Below, in pieces: positions 1-13,000 of a DNA stretch of 64,000 nt. The notes under the pieces were generated by a model. It was not told the origin of the DNA and made no database searches. It worked only from the letters and a program-made list of their open reading frames with translations. Position 1 is the stretch's first letter. Each line of letters begins with the position of its first letter. The DNA is taken from contig NC_086097.1 of NCBI RefSeq assembly GCF_963921235.1, forward strand, positions 144,648,001-144,712,000, in the 5' to 3' direction. This stretch comes from Mobula hypostoma (Eukaryota). The translations under genes were made by a program, and so were the position numbers.

Positions 1-382
1 TCTCTTACTGAATATAAATCCATCTCGGTTTTGAATATTTCCAAAGATTCAGCCTCTACAAGTTCCTGGAGTAAAGAATTTCTCAGGCACACAATCTTTT
101 CAGGGAATAATTAATTCTGAATGTCAGTCTGATATAGGAAATCTCTTACTGTGAGACAGGTCCAACACTGTCCTATGAGGATAAACATCCTTGTAGATCT
201 ACCCTGCCAAATCCCCTAAGAATCTTTCAATAAGATTGCCTGTAATTTTTGTAATCTTCAATAAATAACAGATTCAACGTTTATCTATAACAGGTTTACA
301 GAAGACGCAATCTCAATGGATCTCCATTTGGTTTTGGAGCACCTAGGGAGCCGCAAACCAAATGTCAGGCTGATACTTATTA

Positions 383-810
383 GAACAGAACTTTACTAAC
401 ATTGCTAAGCCAACGGTATTGTGCTACTCCAGTCCATGCAAAACAGATATTTATAATGCATGTGATACAGCTTAGTTAAAAAAAAATCTCATATTTACAT
501 GCAACAGGTGACTTAGATAGTCCATAACACTCAATGGCCATTGGCAAGCCAGGGTGTAGCATTATTTAGCTCCACAACAGTCCTCGGGAAGAAGCTGTTT
601 TCAGTCTTACTGTCTTGGCTAAGATGTTTCTGTATCTTCTATCAGATGGCAGGTGATTGAACAGACAGTGTTCTGGATGAGATAAGTCTTTATTGATGTT
701 ACAAGCGTGTTGTAGCCATCAAGACGTGTAGGTTGTCTCCAGGTCTGGTAGTTGACACCCAGTGATGTGCTGAGCTATCCCAGTCACCCGTTGCAGTGCT
801 TTAATATTAT
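383..810 (-). mobile_element. Degenerate Rex1/Babar-like LINE 3' fragment
   Basis: Contains 'gaagaagctgttttcagtct...tatcttctatcagatggcag', the reverse complement of the LPSGRRY 3' region seen in other Rex1 copies in the window. Confidence 0.55.
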
Positions 811-811
811 G

Positions 812-940
812 GACCTCATGAAGGGTCTCAGCCCAGGTCAACTGTTTATTTCTTTTCATAGATGCTGCCTGACCTGCTGAGGTCCTCCAGCATTTTGTGT
901 GTGTTACTCTGGATTTCCAGCATCTGCAGAGTCTCCTGTA
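812..940 (+). mobile_element. Penelope-like element 3' terminal repeat (short solo copy, degenerate hammerhead)
   Basis: atgaagggtctcagccc...gatgctgcctgacctgctgag...ttccagcatctgcag matches the 3' end of the young PLE at 38133-38270. Confidence 0.8.
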
Positions 941-944
941 TTAG

Positions 945-1605
945 TAACTGATTGCGGACGTCAGGAAGGGGAGGTCAGAAGAACACACGCCAGTCCTCAT
1001 TGAGGGGTCAGCAGCAGGAAGGGTAAGCAGCTCAAGTTCCTGGGTGCAACATCTCAAAGGATCTATCCTGGGCCCAGCGTACTGAAGCAATCACAAAGAA
1101 GGTGTGCTAGGGATCGCCAGAAGGTAATCCACCAGATGCTCTTAAAGATTTTTACAGATGAACAGTGGAGTGCATTCTGATTGCTTACAACGCAGCCAGG
1201 TCTGGAAACTCCAATGCGCAAGATGGCAAGAGGCTGCAGAGTGTTATAGACTCAGCAAACTCCACCACGGTCACAACTCTTCCCACTGTCAAGGACATCT
1301 TTAACAGACTGCATCAATCATTAAGGTTCCGCTCCATCCAGGACATGCCCTCTTCAAGTTACAACCTTCAGGGAGGAGGTAGAGAAGTCTGAAGACCCAT
1401 ATTCAATGTTTTAGAAACAGTTCTCACCCTCCATCGTCAGATTTCTGAACAGTCAGTGAGACCGTGAACACAACCTTGCTATTCGTTTTGCACTGTTTGT
1501 TTATCCTTGTAACAAAGTAATTTTTTACATTTTGCACTGTACTGCTGGCACAAAACAACAAATTTTATGACATATATTAGTGATAACAAACCCAATTCTG
1601 ATTCT
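945..1605 (+). mobile_element. Rex1/Babar LINE 3' fragment
   Basis: ORF 1165-1392 (ECILIAYNAARSGNSNAQDGKRLQSVIDSA) resembles the Rex1 RT C-terminus; tail 'attctgattctga'. A short upstream RT piece at ~300-380 (DAISMDLHLVLEHL) may belong to it. Confidence 0.75.
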
Positions 1606-1714
1606 GAACCTGTTCAATTGTTCGTCATAAGACAATTCCTGCCATACTTATGATAACTGTGATCACTCTAGCAAACCTGCGAGCTCTGTCCATGGAGATA
1701 TAGATTCACAGAAT

Positions 1715-2515
1715 TACAGAATCATGCGACATGGAGACACCCCCTTCAGCCCATCTGGTCCGTAGCGACCAGGATGCTGCTCCAAGTTAGTCCCAATTAT
1801 CTGCATTTGGCCCATATTCCTCTAGATATTTCCAATCCATGTATCTTTCTATAACTGTCTTTTAAAAGATGTTAGTGTACTTGCTTCAGCCATTTCCTAT
1901 GGTAGCTAGTTCTGTATACGTACAACAATCTGTGTAGAAAAGCTGTCCCTCAAGTTCATATCTAATCTGACCCATTTTAACTTAAACCTATTTTCTCTTG
2001 CTCTTGACTTCCAGACCTGGGAAAAATATGAGTGAATTCACCCTTTCTATGCCCTCATGATTTTATACACTTCTATAAGATCACTTTTTAATCCAATGAT
2101 TTACCTCTTCAATGACAATATACGAGGGGTGATTGATAAGTTTGTGGCCAAAGGTAGAAAGAGTCAATTTTAGAAAACCTAGCACATTTATTTTTCAACA
2201 TGGTCTCCTCCTACATTTACACACTTAGTCCAGCGGTCGTGGAGCATACGGATCCCTTCTTTGTAGAAGTCGGCGCCTTGGACCTCCAGAAAGTGGTCCG
2301 AAGCAGGGGTGATTGATAAGTTTGTGGCCTACGGTAGAAGGAGATGAGTTATTAACTTCAAACTTTCTGCATAATCACTGAAAGAGTTGAACTGCACGTA
2401 CATGTAACGAGAGCTGTATAACTCATCTCCTTGTATAACAAAAGTGGACCTAAACTATCACAGTGCTCTAGACAAAGCTCATCAGTGTCTTGCCTATTTG
2501 CAGTAAGACTTATTC
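1715..2515 (-). mobile_element. CR1 LINE 3' fragment, interrupted by a mariner relic
   Basis: Reverse complement of CR1 3' UTR/RT end (cccttcagcccatc..., ctatgccctcatgattttatacacttctataagatcac). Confidence 0.7.
2121..2434 (-). mobile_element. mariner-family non-autonomous relic (TIR, transposase C-terminus, second internal TIR copy)
   Basis: Starts tacgaggggtgattgataagttt; minus strand encodes FYKEGIRMLHDRWTKCVNVGGDHVEK*, a mariner C-terminus; a 25-bp TIR segment is repeated at 2125 and 2305. Confidence 0.8.
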
Positions 2516-2519
2516 CTGC

Positions 2520-5500
2520 AGCTGCAAAGCACTATACTTGCCTTACTCCTCCTTCCAAACCACCATTCAGGGCTCTAAAAGGCCCTCCCAGGTAAGGTGA
2601 GACTTCACCTGTCAGTCGGGTGTTCCCGGTGTGGCCTCCTCTGCAGTGGGAGCTGCGGACTGAAAAACTGTTTGATAGAGTACCTTTGCTCTGTACACTG
2701 CAAATGCTAGGGTCTCATGGTGGCTACCCATTTCAATCCTACTTCCCATTCCCATAATGACACGTCTGTCCACAGCCTCCTCTACCTTCACAATGAAGCC
2801 AAATGCCAAAGGTTTCTTGATTTACAGGACGGACTGAACTGATGATTTGGAAAAGACAAAAGTCGAGGTGCTTGTTTCATGATAAACGCTCAGCAGTGCC
2901 CTGATGTGGCGGCTTTTTTGAACTCGTGTTTCCAAGACCTTGAGCACCTAATGGTCAAGTGCCTGCTTTGCGTTCTATTTACCTAGGGTATTCTCCTCCA
3001 TAATCTTGATCACAATTTGCATACCAACTATAATCAAGTGCTTGAGATATGCATGATGTCATCTCCTGAAAAGAAACAATCCATCTCAATGTATTTCAAA
3101 TCATAGAGAACTTCAATGAGGTTTGTTTGAAGAAAATCCTGCCCCAGTATCATCAGCATATAATCTGTAGCACTAGAGGTCCCAACACACTGCTATACTA
3201 AAATAAGGAATGCCTTCTGTTCTCTGTCCAGACTGCATTTCGGTAAATCTGATCACCTGGTAGTCCTTTTCCTACCTGCGTACAGGCAGAGGCTGAAGAA
3301 CAAAGTTCCAGTGATTAGGACAACAAAGGGGTGGTCGTGGAAGGCAGACAAGTAGCTATGGAATTGCTTCGTGTCAGTAGACTGGCCTGTGTTCAAAGAC
3401 TCATTTGTGCATTTGAATGAATACACCATGCCTGTCATAGACTTCATTAAAACAGTTATAGATTAGTGCGTCACCACAAAATCATTCAAAATTTTCCCCT
3501 ACCAGAAACCTTTCATGAACCATGAGATCCAAAATTTGCTGAGGGCTAGATCAGAAACATTCAAGTCTGGTGACCAAAAATGTTTCAAGAGGCCCAGTTA
3601 CAATCTCCAGAAAGCCATCTCAAGGGCGAAGTGGCAACTCCAGACTGAACTTGAATCAATGCAGGATGCTTGACAGTTGTGGCAGGGCTTGAATCCTAAA
3701 TTCAGGTGACATAGCTGACAACAGGGCTTCATTCCAGATGAGCTCAATGCTTTTATTCCTGCTTTGACCATCAAAACATGGAGGAACCATCACAAACTCC
3801 TACTGCCCCCAAGGACCTATGATTTCAGTCTCTGAGGCTGACATGCAAACAGGTGAACTCACGGAAAACATCTGGCCCAGATGGGAAACCTGGCCAAGTG
3901 GCAAAGACTTGTGCTGATCAACTGCTTGGAGTGTTCACTGAGCTTTTTAACTTCCCGCTTCATTAGTCTGATTTACCTACCTGATTCAAGCAGAATTCAC
4001 TTATACCAGTGTCTAAGAAGAATGTGGTAACCTGCCTTAGGTCCAGTAGCACTTATGTCCACAGTCATGACGTGTTTTGAGAGGCTGGTGATGAAACATA
4101 TCAACTCCTGCCTGAGAAGTGTATTGGATCTGCTCCAGTTTGCCTACCGGAGCAACAGGTCCATAGCAGATGCCATCTCATTCGCTCTTCACTCAACCCT
4201 GGAACATCGGGACAGCAAAGGTGCATATATCAGGACGCTCTTTATCAACAACCGCTTAGCATTTAATATCATCACCCCATCAAAACAAATCAATAAACTT
4301 CAAGACCTTCTCGTGCAATTTAATCCTCGTTTTCCTCACTTGCAGGTCCCAGTCAGTTTGGATTGGTAACATCTCCTCCACAATCTCCATCATCACAGGT
4401 GCACCACAAGACTGTGTGCTTAGCCCCCTGCTCTACTCCCTTTACACTTATGACTGTGTGGCTAAGCACAGCTCCAATGTAAAATTCAAGTTTGCTGATA
4501 ACAACACTGTCATAGGCCAAATTAAAGGTGGTGATGAATCAGCATGTAGAAGGGAGATTGAAAATCTGGCTGACCGGTGCCAAAACAACAACATCTTACT
4601 CAATGTCAGCAAGACTAAGAAACTGATGATTAATTTTAGGAGGAGGAGAGCGGGGTTCCATGAGCCAGTTCTCATCGAAGGATCAGAGGTGGAGAGGGTC
4701 AGCAATTTTAAATTCCTTGATGTTGTAATTTTGCAAGACCTGTCCTGGGCCCAGAACACAAGTGCAATTATGAAGAAGGCATGGCAGAGTCTCTACTTCC
4801 CTCAGAGTTTGCCAAGATTTGTTATGACATTGAAAACTTTGACAAACTTCTATAGATGTGTGGTGGAGAGCATTTTGACTGGCTGCATCATAACCAGGTA
4901 CAGAAACACCAATGCCCTTGAAGAGAAAATCCTATAAAAAGTAGTGGATACAGTCTAGACCATCATGGGTAAAGCCCACCCCACCACTGACCACATCTAC
5001 ATGAAGTATTATCACAAGATTGCAGAATTCTTCACCAGGGATCCTCACCACCCAGGTCATGCTTTCTTCTCACTGCAGGAAGAAGGTACAGGAGGCTGAG
5101 ACCTCACACCACCAGGTTCAGGAACAGGTATTACCCCTCAACTAGCAGGCTTTTGAACCAAAGAGGATAACTTCACTCAACTTCACTTGCCCCCTTCACT
5201 GAAATGTTCTTACAACCTATGGACTCACTTTCAAGAACTCTTCATTTCATGTTCTTGATATTTATTGCTTATATATTTGTTATTATTATTTCTTTTTTTT
5301 TGTTTTTACAGTTTGTTGTCTTTTGCTCACTGCTTGAATGCCCAAGTTGGTGCGGTCTTTCATTGATTCTATTATGGTTATTTATTAATCCATTCTGGAT
5401 TTATTGAGTATACCTGCAAGAAAATGAATCTCAGGACTGTATATGGTGACACATATGTACTTTGAACTTTGAACTTTGAAATGCAGGTTGGAGGAGCAAC

Positions 5501-5940
5501 ACTCATATTCTATCTAGGTAGTCTCCATCCTCATGGCATGAATATCAATTTCTCCGACTTCTGGTAACCACTACCCTTTGTTTCTCTGCCCCCATTTTAT
5601 TTTCTTTCTGGTAGCCCTTCAACCGTTCTCCTCCAGTCCATCTTCTCCCATTTGTTCACCACCTTCTTCTCTTTATTCCATAGTCAACTGTCCTCTCCTA
5701 ATGGATTCCTTCTTCATCAGCTTTTTTAATTTCTTCCCAGCTTCTCTCAACATGCCCTTTCACCTCCCCCTTCCACACACCTGAATTCACCTATCACCTG
5801 CCGGCTTGTACTCCTCACTCTCCTCCATCTTCTTATTCTGGCTTCTGCCTCTTTCTTTTTGATGCTGATGAAGGGTCTCAGCCTAAAACATCAACTGTTG
5901 ATTTTCTTCCATAGCTGTTGCCTTTCATTGTGTTCCTCTG
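2520..5940 (+). mobile_element. Old Penelope-like element 3' part (GIY-YIG region and tail), split by a Rex1 insertion at 2807-5478
   Basis: 2520-2806 and 5479-5940 are collinear with the GIY-YIG region of the young PLE (…cagggctctaaaaggccctcccaggtaagg… / aggttggaggagcaacac…ggcatgaatatcaatttctcc). Confidence 0.75.
2807..5478 (+). mobile_element. Rex1/Babar LINE, 5'-truncated, disrupted APE-RT ORF
   Basis: ORFs 4055-4369 and 4416-4937 carry RT motifs (LQFAYRSNRSIADAI, LSPLLYSLYTYDC, KFADN); (ctttgaa)n tail at 5460-5480; flanked by aaatgc at 2801-2806 and 5479-5484. Confidence 0.9.
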
Positions 5941-6039
5941 ACTTCCCCTTCTGGACGCCATCAATAAATTCCATGATCTTCCGGACAGTAAGTGCAAAGT
6001 TGTTTTTGTGATACCTTTCTTCTCCCCACTCTAAATCAT

Positions 6040-6770
6040 TAGTATATATTTGGTCAACAGCCGCAGTCCAAATACTGACCCTTGTGCTACACCAATAGAC
6101 CTAGGTCACCAACGTTAATTTATCCTTTTATTTCCTACTTACTTCTTTGTGCTAGTTATTCAATTCTCTTTCAATGGTATTAACTCTAACAACATAAGTT
6201 CTGATCACACAAAGTAATCATTTGGTAAATAGATTTATTATTGCCACATGTGCAACAGTGCAGTGAAAATCTTTGGTCTGCATCCCATCATTAAAGGTAA
6301 TTTCATTACATCAATGCATTGAAGTATTACAAGACAAAGCATAACATAATGCAGAATAGAGTGCCACAGTTTCAGAGAAAGTGCAGAGCAGGTAGACAAT
6401 AAGGTAAAAGTTATACGTCTTCCTTGAGCCTGATAGTACATGTTTTTAGGCTTTTGTGTCTTCTACCTGCTGGAAGAGAGGAGAAGAGAGGATGTTCACG
6501 GGGGATATGGTCTTTGATTGTATTGGCTGCTTTATCAAAGCAGTGAGAAGTGTAGGCAGGATCCATGGAGGGGAGGCTGGTTTCCATGGTGTTCAATGAT
6601 GTCCACATCTCTCTGTAGTTTCACATTTGTCAACAATTATTTTGAAAATGCTAATATATACATCTTCTTGTTGCCCTCTGTCCATTCTAGTTGATACTTC
6701 CTCAAAGAACTCTAATAAGTTTGTTCAAGATGATATAACTTTACTAAAGCCAGATTGATTCTGTCAACCA
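6040..6770 (-). mobile_element. Very old CR1 RT fragment, interrupted by a Rex1 3' fragment (6230-6620, -)
   Basis: aatactgacccttgtgctacacca (GVPQGSVL-like) and ctcaaagaactctaataagtttgtt (TNLLEFFE-like) on minus; ORF 6411-6608 has Rex1 'SLPAGRRHKSLKT'. Confidence 0.6.
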
Positions 6771-7717
6771 GAAGAGGACTTTACAATTGACAATGATTCC
6801 TATACTTTTGCATTTGGCACAGAGCGTGGTGACTTATTTCAAACTGTTTTATGCAGGTCTATTTATTATTTTTATTATAATCTTACTATTTTTTAAATCT
6901 AAGCTTATCAGTTGCATTGACACTCCGTATTATATTATTACTTCTCCCTCGTACTACTTTGTAGTGCAGTGACCTTGGCACACGTAACACTGATAAACCA
7001 ATTTCCAATTTCCTCTTCAAGCATGCAGGTCCAAGACTTACTAGAGTTGCAAGACTGGGTATTTCAACTTATCAAAAATATCTGTGATAACAAGCAGATG
7101 CTCTCTGATGCCCCAGAGTGAAACATCTTGTCTTCTGCCAAGGAAGATCCGATTTGCTATCTTATCTTACTATCTTGCAAGGCTCTGTCACTGAGAGCTG
7201 CAGCCCTCACGTGGCCAGTATTTTCATGAAATGACCTAGCCAAAAGTCCCACGAGTTGCAACCCTGCCTTTTTAGATTGCAGTCACAACACTTCATAATT
7301 TTTTTTGAAGTAATTATTTCTTTTCCAGTTCCTTTCTTTTGAAATTCCAGTTGCATCCACCTTCACTTCACCCAGCTCACCACCTTTTAAATGGATGTAG
7401 TGCTTTAAATTATGAAGTTGGTTGATGGCCTTTCTAAATTTTCCAGGAACATCTACTCCACCACAGTCACCTCTTCCTTCCATGGCCAAATATCTGTTTC
7501 CCTGGCAGGATTTTTCTCTTAAGCCATCAACTTTACGCAAATTAATTGACCCTGGGATTTCTGAGATTCAGCATCCATAATTTTGGTTGGCATAAGCTCT
7601 TCATCACCGTGCTTGTGCTGCTTTTTTATGTAGTTGCAATCATTTTGTATATTGAACAGTATATATAGAATTTATACTTATATCAGACAATGTGAACCAT
7701 GACCAACCTATCAGAAG

Positions 7718-7822
7718 AGGATGAACGGTCTCAGCCCGAAATATCGACTGTTTATTCATTTCCATAGATGCTGCCTGACCTGCTGTGTTCCTGTGTTCCT
7801 CCAGCATTTTGTGTGTTTTGCT
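7718..7822 (+). mobile_element. Penelope-like 3' terminal repeat, solo
   Basis: gatgaacggtctcagcccgaaatatcgactg...gatgctgcctgacctgctg. Confidence 0.75.
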
Positions 7823-7974
7823 CTATCAGAATAAGAATTGCAATAACAGAGGGTGGTTTATGTGGCGGGGGGGGGCAGTAGAAATAATTACAGCAACCTA
7901 GTGAGGGTGAATGCACTTGGCTTAGGGCATGCACTGGAAAAGTCCCTGGTGTCATTGGAAGGTCTGAATTAGCA

Positions 7975-8325
7975 CCTCAGTAATGGACAAAATCCTGCAG
8001 GAACTTAGCAGGTCAGGCCATATCAATACAGGAGAATAAATAGTTGGTATTTTGGGCCAAGACCATTAATCGGGACTGGAAAAGAATGGGGAAGAAGCCA
8101 GAATAAAAAGGTGGGAAGGAGTATAAGAAAGTAGGTGATAGGTGAAGCCAGGTGAGGGGGAATGTGGGTGGGTGGGGTGTGAGAAGCTGGGAAGTAATAG
8201 ATGGAAAAGGCAGAAGGCTGAAGAAGAAGGTATTTGATCGGAGAAGAGAGAGGACCATGGCGAAAGAAGGAGAAGGGGCACCAGGGGGTGGGGGGTGATG
8301 AGCAGAAGAGGAAAGAAATAGCATC
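7975..8325 (-). mobile_element. Penelope-like element 3' UTR fragment
   Basis: Purine-rich reverse complement of the pyrimidine-rich PLE 3' UTR plus terminal repeat, similar to 5560-5940. Confidence 0.7.
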
Positions 8326-9364
8326 TTTGAAGTAACATCTCTGAAGAAACAGACATAAATAGTTTCAGAGCTTGTATGTATCTTTCAAATCCTTTTTTAA
8401 AATCATACATCCCCCTGAATTTTAAGCTGCACTGATGAAAGCTATTTTTTTCTCAGGACTAATTTACATTCATTTGAAAATTTAAACCTGGGTGGAGTGC
8501 ATTAATATAGGAACTTTAAGGTTTCAGTTACTTCTGAATACAACAGAGAGAGTGCATCGGAACCACTGAGATGAAGTAATTATGTTAATGAATTGGTAAA
8601 CTAAAGGTCTGGACTAAGAATTACAAGACCATGAGCTCAGATTACATCAAGGCTTCTTGAAAAATGTGAATTACAATGTTGCTATGAATAAACACTCTCA
8701 TGAAGCTGTCAGATTATCAAAAAAGTCAAACTTGCACACCCATGTTCTTGAGAGGAGGAAACTATGATATACTATGCAGCCCAGAATATCTATAACTCAA
8801 GTTAACAATTTCAACTTGATTGGTTCTATCAAGAGGCCAGAGATGAAGACTCACCAATTCCTTTCCAGCTCAACCAACAAATAGTTAGTAATGTCCACAT
8901 TCAATGAAGGAATTTTAATCTTTTTTCAGATGCATCCAAAAATTGTTTGGATCAAATAACATAAGCATTAATGGACAGATACGCTTTATTGTACATCAAC
9001 AGCTGTCCAAGTAATATTTAAAATTACTTCTTCAAAAGTTCAGGAATTGCCTGTTGGCCACTGTCAAAACATATTAAACATTAACATGTTAAACTGACTT
9101 CTCAATCGAATATCTTATTATATTTTGGATCATGTTCCTTCTCACATTCTCAGGACTGAATTTTTAACTGTAATAAGAAAATCATCTCATTTGCTCAAAA
9201 CCATTTTATGTTCTTTGTGGTGGGAAATTCTGCAGTTGCTTCATAACATCACTGACCACACCCTATCAGAACTCCCAAACTGACTTTGTTGCATTTGATA
9301 AATAGTAGAAGACTGCCACCAAGTGGCTGTAAATATGTCTAATTTCCCCCCATTTAAAATGAGA

Positions 9365-9545
9365 TCAAGAGTCAGAGGTTAATGGTTCAAGTCCCAGTCC
9401 AGGACTTAAGAAGGTTGATGATAAATTAACGTGAGTTACCTCAGAATTTCATAGCATTATGCAGAAAAAAACAAAGGAGTTAATCTCAATGCTTTCCCTC
9501 AGATGACATCATTAAAACAGAGTAACTGGTGTAATTCACTTCACA
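9365..9545 (+). mobile_element. Degenerate Deu/SacSINE-like SINE
   Basis: gagtcagaggttaatggttcaagtcccagtcc (tRNA-like B box) followed by catcattaaaacagagtaactggt. Confidence 0.5.
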
Positions 9546-9559
9546 GTGTCACAGAAGCA

Positions 9560-9830
9560 TATAACACAGAAACAAGTCCTTCGATTAGCTGAGTCTGCAC
9601 GGACCATCTGCTCTCTCTTTACAGTAATCTTTCTATGAGTCATCCAAACACACGAGAGCAACTGATAGTGGCCAATTTACCTGCCAATCCACTTGTCTTT
9701 GAGATAAGCAAGGAAACCAAGGTACCAAGAGGATATCATGCACTCACAGAGAGAATACAAAAACTTCTGAGACCTGGTTGAATTTGGTTCCTTAGAGCTG
9801 TGAAGCATGGTTATTTTATGCAGCAATGCA
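9560..9830 (-). mobile_element. V-SINE (HE1-like) SINE, degenerate
   Basis: Reverse complement of V-domain core (ggaaaccaagg...cacagagagaatacaaaactt) and tRNA-like head. Confidence 0.6.
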
Positions 9831-10699
9831 AAATTTTTCTTCTCTTTCTATTGAGGGAAGAATGTTTTTAAGTATACCCAGATGCCTTGTTTCTTTAAAG
9901 TTGAAAGCTATTGTCATCTAGTCCAATGATAAAATTCAAACAATCCACCATTTTTTACAATCGTACTGAATCTTAAATGCATTGTAGTGTGAAGATGGCA
10001 AACTCTGAGAGTGAACAAAAGAGCACATTCCCCCTAAGAACATATCCATAGATGCTTCTCACTCCTTCCACTATTATAAAATTTGGGACAGTCTCTTGAT
10101 GAGCCATTTTTTGAGTTCAACCCTACAACTTTTCATGGGTTACAGAAGAGCATGGAAATTGCTGGAAGTCAGAAGTCAAAGGTCTTCATAGTTTTTTTAT
10201 TCCGACTACATACATGTTATTGGAATAATGATGGAGATATTCAGTAAGCATGCAATCAATCTCAGTTAAGGTAGTTACAGCAAGGAAAATCCAGGAGCTG
10301 GAGAGTTCTGTGAGCCTTTGTCAGAAAGTTGCCTGGACCTGACAGGTTTATTACTCCTAAACATGATATGTCTCGAAATTCAGTCCATAATTCAAATGGT
10401 TGTCCAGAATGTGATGCATTTACTGCTGATTGCTTTGGTAAATAATTCTTCGAAAATTGTTGACTAGCTAGTGTTGATATGCTGACCAATGGTGATTGAT
10501 CCTAAGTGACGAGGCTATGTGAATAGGCTCGAAAAAGCCCATCCCACAGGACAGCTAAAAAAAATTGACAGTTTGCTAAGCTGTGACCCCAGGCTTAGCC
10601 AATTGTTAAATAACCAAAGGCTATGAATGTTTCTGATACCCTTGTTAATTGGAAACAAAAACAATCATTGAACTTAAATGAAGTGAATAACTTTTTTGA

Positions 10700-11140
10700 G
10701 AAAGTATTAATCATTTTCATTCCTTATTTTTTTTCTTATATGAAGATTTCGCTACAATTTTCCCTCTTAAGACAGCCTTCAAAGTATCCCATAGAATGGG
10801 AGGTGAAACCTGTCCATTATCGTTGAATTCTAAGTAAAGACCAATTTCTTTTTTAATTTGTTCCTTACAATAGGGATCATTGAGTAGGTTTGAAATCAAT
10901 TTCCATATAGCATTCTTTGGTTGCAGGTCAAAGTCTGCAGATAAATATATAGGTGCATGGTCACTTAAATCTATTGTCTCAATTCCACAAGTGTTTATTT
11001 TGTCTTTATTTTTTCCAAATTTTATGGAATAGTCTATTCTTGCATATAAAGAATGGGGGGGGGGGCAGAATAGAGAGTGTAATCCCTTCTGTCAGGAAAA
11101 GGGTCTCTTCATATATCAATTAGACCAACATCCTTTAAAA
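10700..11140 (-). mobile_element. L1-clade LINE ORF2 fragment (end of endonuclease and linker)
   Basis: ORF 10717-10899 (NLLNDPYCKEQIKKEIGLYLEFNDNGQVSPPILWDTLKAVLRGKI) with upstream RIDY and SDHAPI motifs on minus. Confidence 0.85.
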
Positions 11141-11619
11141 TAGTAAAATCTTCAAAACATTTGAAGAATATTTAAACAATTAAAAACATTTAAATATATT
11201 TTTAAAATGTAAATTGCCTACCATGTCCTCTGCAGACATTTGTCTTTATTAAAATGAATAGATTTATTGTTCTTACAGCAGGTCTAACTTGGCACATGTT
11301 CAGTAGGCAGATTCCCAACTCTACGTGTAAGTGCACACACCACTGCTGGACTTTATGTGTAATTCAATTTTGCAGAGTACTAAGGGAAACCCCAGCAAAA
11401 AAGTAGTCAGCACATTCAGGGCTTTCAAACTTGTGCAGGAATCCCCAGCATGGTGGCCATTACGTGGAGAAATGCTGGCAGTCTGGTGCGTTTCTCAGCA
11501 AGTTCCTGACTGCTATTTTTTTGAAATAAATCTAATTTGAATTTGAATGATGTAACTACCTTCTCCTATGGAGTTAGCACCTGGTTCCTGAAATATTGGT
11601 CTAAGATTCTATAGTTTTC

Positions 11620-12060
11620 TCTCAACAGAACTGAGAGACAGAGTGCTTTGGCTAGACAAAATGCCTTTCAGCCTTACAGCATGGTGTGTCTCTTCTTTTG
11701 TACCAGATTGCCTGCCCATAGTGGTTTGGGGAATGATTTGGAGGAGCCGATAGTCCAGGAATAATTCCAGAGCATTCAGCTGCCTTTGTGAAAATTCTAT
11801 GGATTTGTGAATGGGGGCTGTGGACATAAGGCCCAGACCGAGTGGGAAATGGTCAGTCATTCTAACTTGAAAGTGTGACAACGTCTGCGGAAGGGGTGAC
11901 AGCATTCTGACCTCCAGCCCTGGAGTGTGGATACCTAATCTTAAATCCCAGCATGCGTGCTCCCAATGTGAGTGCAGAAGATGCTAAGGGCTTGGCCACA
12001 CTGATAAATGACCTGGAAATTTGACTCCATGTTCTGGCCTTTGGATGTCGGAACATTTAT
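11620..12060 (-). mobile_element. Possible highly decayed RTE-clade RT fragment
   Basis: TDHFPLGLGLMSTA and RQLNALELF...LLQI weakly resemble RTE 'VDHFPYLGSLLS' and 'RHLKALE...LRKIL'. Confidence 0.3.
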
Positions 12061-12802
12061 CTGCTAGTGGGCAAGAAGGCAGGATAAGAGATGAGGTGAT
12101 ATGGGCCCCGGCACTGACTCGTTATTCGAAAGGGATCATGGTTGATTTGATCTTCATCATATTTTCACTGTTCAGCCTGTTCTCCTTAAACCCATGATAC
12201 CAGGAGACCAAAAATCTGCCTCAGCCTTCAATGTATTCACTTTATACAATCACAATCTTTAAGATTGCTGAGTAACCACAACGTTCCAGTGAACATTATC
12301 ACTTGTAAGAAGATATTTCTACTCATCCAAGTTAAATTGACAGCTCCTAACACTGAAACCATGATATCTATTTAAAGTGAGTGAGGGGAGCAATGGATGA
12401 AGGGTGAAGGGTGAGCGTGTAATCTGTACTCTGGGAGGAAACTATCTATGTTTTGCAGCAAGCAGTTCTCCACCACTCTTAGCTGAGTTATCATATTATC
12501 CAAGGCTTTGGTAGACCTGGAAACAGGCTAAATCTGGTCATGGCTTCTCATTATGATACTTACATGAGCAACATATTTCACCTGCTCACCACTGCAACAC
12601 ACTCATGTCCCGACCCTTGTTCACTGTACACTTCCATCTCCATTAAAACAAACAGTGTGCAGATGGAGGTTTTCACTATTTCCACATCTTACCAGCCCAT
12701 TTTTTACTAGCGCAGAAGTTTATTTCATCTTTTTCTACTGATTAGCTTTCAAATGATCCCTGTTAAAATAAAGCCCAAGTTGTATGGCTGTGTGCTGCTT
12801 AC

Positions 12803-13000
12803 CGTGTCCTGAACAGTTTGACTAAATGTGGGCTACCGTGATGGGGAGAGCTCTGTAGTTGTCCTGGCCTGAAGTATTTCCGTGAGACCTTTGAAGTTCA
12901 CCTGAATGGGTGGACAGTTTGACTTCTAATCCATTAGGCAGTGTCTCTGATGCTCCCTCATTAGAAGCATTTTGGGTCACTTGGCAATGCCTGCACTGCT
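12803..13000 (-). CDS. Candidate host-gene exon (198 nt, terminal coding segment ...RALPITVAHI*)
   Basis: Acceptor ttaactctccatctag| and donor ACG|gtaagc; only one open frame, ending TAG at 12824-12822; non-repetitive sequence; product unrecognised. Confidence 0.4.

Noticed and set aside
9870..10620. Possible very old plus-strand L1/Tx1 remnant (KLPGPDRF, SLLSCD)
   Set aside because: Only two short degenerate motifs; too weak to call
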